DNA from: Chiloscyllium plagiosum
Lineage: Eukaryota
NCBI RefSeq assembly: GCF_004010195.1
Contig: NC_057725.1
Coordinates: 22,021,296-22,085,295, forward strand
Length of the DNA: 64,000 nt
Direction of reading: 5' to 3'
A program made the translations under genes and the position numbers. Below, one piece after another: positions 38,286-48,634 of this stretch. A model generated the notes under the pieces. It was not told the origin of the DNA, ran no database searches, and worked only from the letters and a program-made list of their open reading frames with translations. Every line of letters begins with the position of its first letter. Within the stretch, counting starts at the first letter, position 1.

Positions 38286-40293
38286 TATAATGCTAAGGTT
38301 TATCTATTTCTCTTGACCATTATTGTTGAATTTACTGTCATCACCCTTTCAGGCACTGCATTCCACATTACAACTCATACTGTAAAATAAAGTATTACCA
38401 CACACCACCTCTAGATCGTTTGCTGATTACCTTCAGTCTATGTCTTCTAGTTATTAATCCTTCTACTCGAAATAACTTGTTCCTTGTTTACTCTAGCATC
38501 CTGCAAGTGCTACCTTTCAAAGCTACTCAATCTTCTCCGTGAAAAGAACCAGCCCAAATTATTTAGTTTCTCCACCCCTCTTATCATTCTAGTATATCTC
38601 CTCCTACTCACCTTGGAGAAGGTCTTTTAAAAATTAGTGTGCATATCGCTCCAGCCACCTTTGACCCGCACCCACTTTAAACCATTTAGTTCCTATTGCA
38701 TTTAATCACTTCTCCCTCCAGTGTACATTTGCGTTAACCAAAAGGAGGGGAAGAAAGATAAAGAAAATAAGTTAACAAGGAGGGAGAAAATAATGCTAAC
38801 AGCATTAGATGTGTTGTAAACATACTTACGAACTAGGTGTGCAAATAATACAAAAAAACTTCCAACACTTGATGTTTGAATCTTGATTTTAGTATAATTA
38901 AATGTCTCAAATCATTTTTAACTTGCATGTTTCTTGTACTTTTCGCATCCCAACAAATCTCTTCAATAATGAAATGTGATCACAGCTGCTGAGAAGACAA
39001 ACATGGTAAATAAGTTGTGCCCAACAAAATGTTATTGACTAGTTACTCTAACTTGATGGCTTTTGAGGTTTACAGTTTGACTAGTATATCGGGAGAACTC
39101 CTCACTTATATCTTTCTCTTACTGGTAATAATCTTTTAACTGTCTGAACAGACAGACAGGACATTAGTTTAATGCCTCATTGTATGCATGCCGGTGTCGA
39201 CAAAATAAAGGCATCCATGACCCGTGCTTTAAATGCACATCAAGTTCTTTGCCTGAGCAAATAAGGATCCGGGTACCTTTTTTGAACCTGTATTCGTGAA
39301 CTGAGTCGCCTTGAATGTAGTTACTAGCCAATGTTCAGCCAGCTACATTCAGGACTGCACGTGTTACCTAGCCAAACTTAACAGATCACTGCAAACGGTG
39401 ATCAGAAAGGAAAGTTTCGTTGACCTGAAACATTATCTTTCTGTTTCCACAGATGTTTCCTATTCTGCCCACTTATTTCCAGCAGCAAGGGAAGCTTTTC
39501 TGTACATTAAAACACATGGCCATGAAGCACTTTTAAGGATGCCTTATGGTGGTAAGAGATACTGTATAAATGCAAGTCTTTGCCTTATTAAAATATGTTT
39601 ACCTGAAATATGGAGCCATGTCATTCAGTAATGCTCCATCTGGTGCTATATTAAAACCATGGACTATTAGTAGTCAACTTTCCCCTTCATGTCATAACCT
39701 CCCTGCTCTTTATCAAATGTTAGAGCATTTATGTCCAGCTAGGAAAGGACACAATATAAATTTAATGTGACACTCCCTCAGTACCATACTAGGAATGCCA
39801 GCCGAGATTTTTTCTGCTCAGATTCATGAAATGACTCCTGAATCCAAGCTGATTTAGGGTAAGAGCTTTATTTTATTATGTAATGGAATGCAAATGACCT
39901 TACCAAAGCTAGCCTATTCCTGATTGCCCTTGAAGGTGGTGTTGATGGTAAACAACCTTCGTGAATTGTTGCAGTCCACGTGGTGTCGGGACACCTGCAC
40001 TGCTGTGTGGAAGGGAGTTCTACAATTTTGATCCAGTTCAATAAAGGATCAGCAATTTGGTTCCAAGTCAGGTTGATGAGTGACTTGAACGAGATCTTCC
40101 AGATGGTGATGTTTCTATTACTCTTCTGTCTTTTCCTTCCTGTGTGGTTGAGGTCACAGATTAATGACAAGTTGTCAAAAGAAAGCTGGATATGAAATCT
40201 ACTAACCAATGAACCACAGCATTCCAATAGGTCAGCAAAAGATCACTCCATGAAAAAGGAGGAAGTTGCATTATAAATGTTTTTGTTATTTAC

Positions 40294-40476
40294 CAAGATC
40301 TTCCAGCAATGGCATTCAGTACATCTCATCATGGTCCTCTTCAATAGCCCTTGTGCACTTTTCCAGCTACTTCAGTATTATTGTATTCGCAGGACATTTG
40401 GATAATTCCAGTCGCCAATGATTGTTTAAAAGCAGTTGTACATAAGTGGGGTTTGTTCCCATATGCCTCAAATATT
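40294..40476 (-). pseudogene. CRY2: Cryptochrome pseudogene exon 4 (183 nt vs expected 185)
   Basis: tttgcag| IFEAYGNKP(fs)PLMYNCF*TIIG(fs)RLELSKCPANTIILK*LEKCTRAIEEDHDEMY*MPLLEDLG |gtaaat aligns end to end with recalled CRY2 [62 protein letters not shown]; 2 frameshifts and 3 stops. Confidence 0.88.
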
Positions 40477-40896
40477 CTGCAAACACATTGCAGACATTTT
40501 TTATAATGAGGGAAAAACATTTTTTACACTGACAAACAACAATTACACATCATTCAAAAAACTCACAAATATTTAAGCTTACTGAGCACAGTGAAAAAAA
40601 ACAAACACGGGAGTTATTGAACAGCTCCCTGTCTTTTTTCTGTGTTAGTATCAGCTGAGTGTCACATTTATTTAATTTCCTTCAGCTGGTACAGGTTTAG
40701 TATGATGACTGGGCAGATTTATTCCAACTGATCTGTCAGAACACATGTACTGCAGTGAGACCTTCCTTCCTTTAATCCAAAAATACCAAACGTTTAAATC
40801 TGCAACATACACTCACCATTTTTTACAATGAGAATACATAAGACACCTTCAGTAGTCAAGTCTAAGTCTCCCCAAGCAGTTTAAGAATTTGAGTTC

Positions 40897-41632
40897 AGTG
40901 GAATGCCACAAGGATCAGTGCTGGGTCCTCTACTTTTTGTCATTTACATAAATGATTTGGATGTGAGCATAAGTTAGTAAGTTTGCAGATGACACCAAAA
41001 TTGGAGGTGTAGTGGACAGCGAAGAGGATCTGGACCAGATGGGCCAATGGGCTGAGAAGTGGCAGATGAAGTTTAATTCAGATAAATGCGAGGTGCTGCA
41101 TTTTGGGAAAGCAAATCTTAGCAGGACTTATACACTTAATGGTAAGGTCCTAGGGAGTGTTGNNNNNNNNNNNNNNNNNNNNNNNNNNNNNNNNNNNNNN
41201 NNNNNNNNNNNNNNNNNNNNNNNNNNNNNNNNNNNNNNNNNNNNNNNNNNNNNNNNNNNNNNNNNNNNNNNNNNNNNNNNNNNNNNNNNNNNNNNNNNNN
41301 NNNNNNNNNNNNNNNNNNNNNNNNNNNNNNNNNNNNNNNNNNNNNNNNNNNNNNNNNNNNNNNNNNNNNGGGTGAGAGGGGAAAGATATAAAAGAGACCT
41401 AAGGGGCAACTTTTTCACGCAGAGGGTAGTACATATATGGAATGAACTGCCAGAGGATGTGGTGGAGGCTGGTATAATTGCAACATTTAAGAGGCATTTG
41501 GATGGGTATATGAATAGGAAGGATTTGGAGGGATATGGGCCGGGTGCTGGCAGGTGGGACTAGATTGGGTCGGGATATCTGGTCAGCATGGACGGGTTGT
41601 ACATGCTGTACATCTCTATGACTATGACTCTA
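40897..41632 (+). mobile_element. CR1 LINE 3' part in intron 3 of the pseudogene, spanning an assembly gap
   Basis: PQGSVLGPLLF, FADDTK, WAEKWQMKFN and FFTQRVVHIWNELP motifs. Confidence 0.9.
41163..41369. other. Assembly gap (N run)
   Basis: Run of n characters inside a CR1 copy. Confidence 1.
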
Positions 41633-42116
41633 CGTCTGAAAATCAAAAACTACTACAGTATAACACCTTTATTTTATTCTTTAAAGTATACACACTCTCT
41701 CTACCCCCTGGATAGTTTAGAGCTCGGGGGCCCACAGTCCCAAAGGATTTAGCCACTTCGGACTGAGCTAAGAAGTACCTTTGTTTGGGGGCTGTGGATC
41801 TTTGGATGCTGAGGTGTTGAGTATATTCAGGACTAAGATCGATAGGTTGTAAGACACTGAGGGAATCAAGGGTTTCTAGGATTAAGTAGGCAGGTGGAGT
41901 TAAGGTTAAAAATCAGTACTATCTTACTGAATGGCAGACCAGGCACAAAATACATTCTTCTGTTCCTCTTTCTTAATTCATTATGTATTAATAGCAACAA
42001 GGGCACTACACACACAAAAAATCTTTTGCTTTATATGACTTACTTTACACATTATAGAACTATCAAGTAAAAATAGTCCATTTGATTTAAAAATCAAAAA
42101 AACAAAATGAATTTAT

Positions 42117-42254
42117 CAGTAAACATTATGCAGGATATGTGAGATTTGGGCAATAACTTCCAAATAACTTCACCAACGTCGTAATGGCTACATCCCTTGC
42201 CTTTCCAAAAGACTCAGATTCTTATTCAAAAGTGAGTTGTGTCATATTATATTC
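42117..42254 (-). pseudogene. CRY2: Cryptochrome pseudogene exon 3 (138 nt vs expected 143)
   Basis: ctgcaccag| EYNMTQLTFE*ESESFGKARDVAITTLVK(5-nt deletion)EVIAQISHILHNVY |ataaat vs recalled CRY2 [47 protein letters not shown]; Tyr to TAA stop, frameshift, donor GT changed to AT. Confidence 0.88.
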
Positions 42255-42459
42255 CTGGTGCAGAAAAATGAAAACATTACACTGCAATAATATATATAGT
42301 TACATGGGATTTGGGTGTGTGGTGGTTGCTCCCAGAGTTTCCTGTAGTGCAAAACTGTAGCTAGGCTAGGCCGATGAATCAACTGGCAGGTCATAGATTG
42401 ACTTTCTGCCTCCTTATAGGGTGAAAGCACAAACCTAACTGCATTAAATCTAAATTTAC

Positions 42460-42565
42460 CTTAAATAATTTTGGAAATATACCAGGTGATTGCCATCAAA
42501 TAACAAAAAGCCTGGAGTTAAGTTTCTTCAGATTGTTATCCAGATCCTGGCACTGGAGGTGAAAT
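42460..42565 (-). pseudogene. CRY2: Cryptochrome pseudogene exon 2 (106 nt vs expected 109)
   Basis: cccttctctttag| [34 protein letters not shown] |gtaaat vs recalled CRY [36 protein letters not shown]; one codon deleted, Arg to TGA stop, both splice sites intact. Confidence 0.92.
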
Positions 42566-43739
42566 CTAAAGAGAAGGGAGACAATTGATTTGCAAAGAAA
42601 ACTCCTGATCTCTGTCAAAAACGTAAGAAATAAGAGATGGAGGTAAGCCATGCTAATTTTAAGCCATTTTATAAGATCATTGCTGAACTTACGCATCATA
42701 TCCTCTCTGTGAACATACACTGTTTCATAGAGTGCCCAAAAAGTTACCACTTTAAAATTTAGTCTTATATATTTGAAAACTGAACAGCATCCACAGATCA
42801 CTGGGGCAAGAGTGCCAAAGACCAGCATTTGTAACATTAGCTCAATCAAATACTGTTGGAATAGTGAGAGCAGGGCACGGAAGTAAATGGTCAATTGTAC
42901 AGTTATTCAGGAGGTAGACTAGGATTTATCTGTCTTAATTTATCCGGGGTAACTATCTAGGAATATAAATGAAACACCTTAAGTTACTGACTCTAGCTCA
43001 GAGTGGGATATTTTTGCATAGGGCTTCTGGGAAAAGTAGGATTGCCCTTTAGAAGTTCAAACTTCTTGGGAAATTCCCAGGGAGTAATGGCATCAGTATT
43101 TTGGTGGGGTCCTGATTTGCATCTTGGGTCATAAATCTGATCTCCCGATGATCTGGGGAGTGGAAGATCTGGCCCATTTCCCACCAATCTTTTTCAGGTA
43201 GTACATTCCAAATGATTATAACTGACTAAGTTTCACTTCTTTTGTCGTCCATTATGTAACTAGCCATTACCATTCAGTGGGGCTTATATCAACTGGAGGA
43301 TCCAACAATGACTGTTTTATGTCCTCTCAAAAGCAGGATGCTTAACCAAGACAATCTATAGTATTGACAATATTGTTTTAATGTTAGCAGAGAAACTCAC
43401 GAGCAACAAAATTTAAGGTAGGAAGCAATGCCACTTCCTTATGTTATGGAAGTGAGCTGTCAGACTAGATTAATATTTAAACATAAAATGATAATAAATG
43501 TTTGGTTTATCCTACGAGTTAATTTTTAAAGAATGATTCAGACATTTAAGGCTCACTTTTCTAGGTACCCAAGAAATAACGAACAGAAAAATCGTGGCTA
43601 ATTATACAATTGACAGCCCCACCCCTACTCCTCCCATTTTCATTGTGAAAAAGTATCATTCAATTAACATCATTTTTGTTTTAAAAAATAAAATATTGTT
43701 AAAGTGTTTCTCTTGTTTTTTTATTTCTATTGGCATTTG

Positions 43740-44460
43740 AGCCACGGAATAGCGGCTGTTAAAATGCTGTATCTCTCAGGACAATGTTTTTTTTAAACTG
43801 TCTCGTTGTAAGAGTTCCGAGCCCTATCCGGGACGTTACCTGAAATACCAGTGCTGACTGAAAGACAGACTTTCCTTTCAGTTCCCTTGTTACTAACTGC
43901 AGGAATTTACCGCAGATCTCCATCCCCGGGCACTCCAATCCAAATTCACTCAAACACTAAAAACAATTCACTGACACAACGGACATGGAATTCGGGAGGA
44001 AATTAAACAAACTTTTGCTACTTGCACCATCCACCCCGCATCTCACCTGGAAAACTAAAAAAGGCAACGTTTAATCTCAAAATCTAACGACTTCCTACTT
44101 TAACAGAGACTGGTCATGGGCTTCTTTATTCAAAATACGTCACTCCCAGAAATGGAAACTTTTGCTCTTGCTTTGATTAGGAATGGGCAAACCATTAATT
44201 TTTTTTTTAAAAAAACGACAAAACTCAATTTATTGATCCGGATGTTTGAAGATCCTGCAAACCCCGGATACGTGATGTAAACAGATCTGACAGGGTCAGC
44301 CCCCGAAAGGGAGCGCTGCAAGGCTGGGTTGTCCTGGAGTAGCGAAACCACTGCATTGAGCTACAAATCATTTTAACTCCAGCTGAGAGCAACCGGACCT
44401 ACCAGTAAATAGGATAAAACCTGATTCCTTGCGATCTAATGGACGCTCTGCCGATCACAA
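43740..44460 (-). promoter_or_regulatory. Relatively CpG-rich region around cryptochrome exon 1 (relic promoter / CpG island)
   Basis: Visibly more CG dinucleotides than the flanking non-repeat DNA, centred on exon 1; CCAAT motifs near 44707 and 44729. Confidence 0.45.
44224..44371 (-). pseudogene. CRY2: Cryptochrome pseudogene exon 1, coding part (148 nt vs expected 158)
   Basis: ATG at 44371: MICSSMQWFR(10-nt deletion)LLQDNPALQRSLSGADPVRSVYITYPGFAGSSNIRINKL vs recalled vertebrate CRY M.VNSVHWFRKGLRLHDNPAL....GAD.[22 protein letters not shown]; frameshift and damaged donor (ag|tttt). Confidence 0.92.
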
Positions 44461-45829
44461 AGTACATCACTCCCAGATGCTTTTACATGTAAAAGCTAGT
44501 GTTTTGTTTTGAAGAACTGGTTACTCTCCTCCCAGGGGATCGAAGCAAAGTAGCTCGTCATTGAGAATAGGTTTTCTTAAAACTACATAATCAGAAGAAA
44601 TTGCACTAAATCTGTTGAACAACATGAGCCAGTTTCTGTGCAAACATAATATCAAGCTGGTTATCAAAACGCAACATTTAATAAGAAGGGAAGGTCGCCA
44701 AAGCTCATTGGACAGCCTCGTCCATATCCAATGGAGCAGATGTATGGGAACGCCTCCACCAGCAACTTCCCCTCCAAGCCACGCGCCATCCTAATTTTGA
44801 GCCATATCGCCATTCCTTTACTGTCACAAGTCAAAATTCTGAAACTCCCTCCTGAATTGCACTATGGTTTTTGTTACAACACAAAGACTACAATTGTTCA
44901 AGGAGACAGCTACCATCATCTTCTCAATGTCCAGAGGTCAGGAAGAGATAGATCCTAACTTATTTCTTGGAAAAACGATAGCATGTTGTTGAAATCATTT
45001 TTCTTAAAATGGACTCTCTCTGCTATTGAACACGGAATGAGCAGGTTGACTGCTTGCCAAAGTTTCCAGCAATTACTAAGGTAAAAGTGTACTCTTCACC
45101 TCCAGCCTTGTGAACATTCCAGCCAAACCAACAGAAAGGAGTTCTAAACAAGATGGCTAAGCCAATTGTGAACAATGGAGACTGTCAAACCTATTACAAA
45201 ACAGAAATTGCATGAATGATTTATTGTCACATGTATTTTACAATTAAATACAAAAAAACACAATGAAAAGTTTTCATTTGTCGACAATCAGGCATCATTT
45301 TGATAGTTGCAGAATAAGAGAAAATGAAAAGATGTAGCTTAGAAGAGAAGTCCATCTATGTATAGATTCTGAGCTAACACAGAACCGCCACTGCTTTGCC
45401 AGACCCAACTTACATCAAAGTCACTGATCCTTGGGCGCGATCATTTGGCGCTGGGCCGATTCACCTTTGTCACCACCCATGCCGGGCACACCAATGTCAA
45501 AGACTATCACCATGGTCAGTGGTGCCGTGATACCTTCCCACTACCGGTCCCAGCCAATGATGAAGTTGCCTATTCTCAGGCACCATGTTTCGTTGCTGGG
45601 CCTACCTCACTGATGTCACCTCAGGGCTTGCTCTCCTCTGCGCTGGGCTCATAAATTGCTGGAAAATCTCAGGCTATTACAGCTTGATGCAAAAACCTTG
45701 GAGCCACTAACATCACTATTCACAGCTTTGAGCGACAATATACATGTCCAACAACTCTGGTGGTTGAGTGGGGCGGCGAAATGTTTTTGGGTTGATTATG
45801 AAAACTAGATTACCAGTGTATTTGTTTTC

Positions 45830-46060
45830 AGGTGTCAACTGTGGTTCAAATCAAGGTGCTTGCACTCAAAAAGCTACCTAAGTCTCAATGAGAGAGTCCA
45901 GTATAAAGATCTATTTGAAAACATCATTACAATAAAGTACAGTGGATGATGCTTTGTCTCCGGTGAAATGTTAAACTATTTGTCCTACCAGGTGGATGTA
46001 AAAGATCCCACATCACTATTCAAAGAACAGCAGAGATCATGACCAATATTTATCCAAATA
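45830..46060 (+). repeat. DeuSINE-like fragment
   Basis: ggtgaaatgttaaac..caggtggatgtaaaagatcccacatcactattcaaagaacagcag..ccaatatttatcc matches the recalled Deu domain. Confidence 0.65.
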
Positions 46061-46089
46061 CCAAAATAGCTCCTTGCTATTTATAAATA

Positions 46090-46320
46090 TTTTCTAATCA
46101 ACCTGTTCAGGTATGTCATCCAACATCGCTGAAACAGGTGGGACTTGAACCCAGATCTTCTGGCTCAAAGATAGGGACACTACACAATGCCCCTTCTTTG
46201 GAGGTGTTTTTAATCAATATGATTAAGGCATGTTACGATACTCTGATGCAGGTGAAACTTGAGCCAGGAGCCTTCAGGTCCAGCAGTGAGGACACTACCA
46301 TTGCATCACAGGAGCCAGCT
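46090..46320 (-). repeat. Tandem pair of tRNA-like (B-box) repeat units
   Basis: Two similar ~115-bp units: aatcaacctgttcaggtatgtcatccaac..ggtgggacttgaacccag..gggacactac and aatcaatatgattaaggcatgttacgatac..ggtgaaacttgagccagg..aggacactacc. Confidence 0.55.
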
Positions 46321-47136
46321 CGTATTAATTTATATAGATATGGCTTTGACACATTTTATTTCTGATAACCAACTTGATATTATGTTTGCATAGAACCTGG
46401 CTCATTGTTAAACAGCTTTAGTGTAATTTCTTCTGGTTATGTAAAAAAAACTTCTCAATAAATTGTTTTGCTTTTGGAGGAGAATAACTAGTTATTCAAA
46501 ATAATCATTGGGCGTATCTAGTTACATAATTAAAGAAAATGCTTTAGTATTTCTATTTGGCAAAATCCAACATCAAGACCTTGCCTAATTCAAAACCAGA
46601 AGCCCACTCCACCATGGGGTCATCTGTTCTGTACAGTCACTTCAAGGATTGAAAATACAGGAATCCTGTTACTGAGTATTCCTGCCCTTTCATATTTGAA
46701 GACTGTGGACCAAGAGCAAAAAAATAAGTCTGACAAAATACTGTTTCCTGGCCTAATTTCCAGTGCATTTCTTCTGGAGTTAGGACAGCACTGGAACAGC
46801 TGCTGGTTATATTGTAAATGTGTGCTTACTTAAATGTCAAGGATAATTAACTATCCTACCAGAGAGTAAAATTTGTGCTTGCAAGATTGAGTCATTTAGC
46901 CTTCAATCAGAATGTCACAATCAAGCTAATCGCCAGTTCTATTATACAGTTGTTCTGCACTTCTGATGTCATACAACTCCATGAATCTCCAACTGGCTGC
47001 ACAAAATATCCATATAATAGTTCAAGAGTGATTTTAAAAAGCTCACATCTAGGAATAGTCTAAGTTGTCCATCATGTTCATTAAGCATTGAACCAATTGT
47101 ATTGCAGATTTTAACATGACCTTTTATTTAATTTCT

Positions 47137-47365
47137 GGGGAGTGTTGCTGAACAAGGAGACCTTGGAGTGCAGGTTTTATAGCTCCTTTTCAGTGGAGTC
47201 GCAGGTAGATAGGATAGTAAAGAAGGCGTTTGGTATACTTTCCTATTTTGGTCAGAGTATTGAGTAAAGGAGTTGGGAGGTCATTACAGCATTAGGTTAG
47301 GATAGCTGGTCGGCATGGACAAGTTGGACCGAAGGGCCTGTTTCTGTGCGGTACATTTCTATGAT
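47137..47365 (+). mobile_element. Internally deleted CR1 3' fragment
   Basis: gggagtgttgctgaacaaggagaccttggagtgcagg..aagaaggcgtttggtat joined to the tail ggaccgaagggcctgtttc. Confidence 0.8.
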
Positions 47366-48634
47366 TGGGTTCAAAGTCATGATCAGTTCAACAAGTCAAA
47401 CATATTTTGTTTTCACTTGGCATGGGAATTGTTGTGGGGAGATGAATAATTTCTCATACTTATCAGCTCAAATTGGTATTGTCAGAATCATAGGATAAAT
47501 CATTCGCAAGATTTTACATGGTCTCGAATGGTCCAGACATGAGATATGAATAATTTGCATTTCGCTCCCCATTAAGTGAACATTAATATTCATCCTTAAA
47601 TATAATAATAATTGTAGAAGAATTTTTGGTTAGAAAATGTTAAGCTGTTTGTCCTTTCTCTTTGCCTGGTTTGTTAGATGCTAATGTATTTGCCATCAAG
47701 CAGACTTTATGAACCCTTGCTTGACAGGTTCTTAGTGGAAAGGAATTTCAGCCGATTCAAATTTTGATCCACAACATGCCAACCCACACCATGTTATCTC
47801 CTTAGAAGTAAAAGTTCTGGACCAGCATTAGACGAACAAAAATGGAACAGTTTGCCAACAGTGTTTTCCTTAACCAGGATCCTGAAGCTAAGCAGCACTG
47901 TACCCGGTTGTAACTACTTGAAACAGAAGCAAACTGTAAAACACATATTTAAACATGGTTTGGCTCCTTCATAATAACATATTAAACAAAATAATGTTTG
48001 GTGCGTTTGGCTCAATCTGGTTCAGTATGATCCTACTTAAGTTTATTTTGTTCTTTTTAAAACAATCAAGAAAAAGTGAATTAATATTTTGCAGTTGGCA
48101 TCTTATACAAGGCAGACTAAATTAGCCCTCTCTATTAGAAATGTATTGAATGCATAAAAACTTCTGGCAGATTGATTTTTACTTCATTTAAAATCTAAGT
48201 AGTTCATTATTCTTTTGTTCTGTTGCAGTGATATTGATCTCTTAAATTATTTGGCAAAATAAATTAATTATGTCCTGTGTATGATGCAGTTCGGTAGACA
48301 CTGAGAAACTATTTCCTCTGATGGGGGAAATTGAGAACCAGAAAATATGAATAGCCACTGTTCAGTCCTGATGCAACATATGTTTCATGCAACGTTGTTA
48401 TCTGAGAGAAGGAGTTAAGAATTCAAGCCCTAATGAAGCCATTATTGTTTCTAGGTCAACGTCCTCCCTACTTAAGGCTGACATTCCAAAGTAGTACTGA
48501 GGGAATGCTACACTATCAGGAGGCAGATAAAATGTCCGCTCTGCTTAATCAGGTAACACAGAGTTTTTCCATACATACCCAGTTTCTTGACAACATTTAT
48601 CTCTCAATCATATTCATCATGACATATTAATTAT

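Noticed and set aside
39277-39367. 91-nt splice-bounded segment as CRY exon 5
   Set aside because: The size is close to 89 nt but the translation lacks the W.GGETEAL motif.
42496-42894. 132-aa minus-strand ORF as a real gene
   Set aside because: Only its last ~24 residues are cryptochrome exon 2; the rest is intron read-through, and the ORF ends at the premature stop.
44130-44351. 73-aa ORF as a functional short cryptochrome
   Set aside because: It starts after the 10-nt deletion from a non-ATG codon and runs through the damaged donor into intron.
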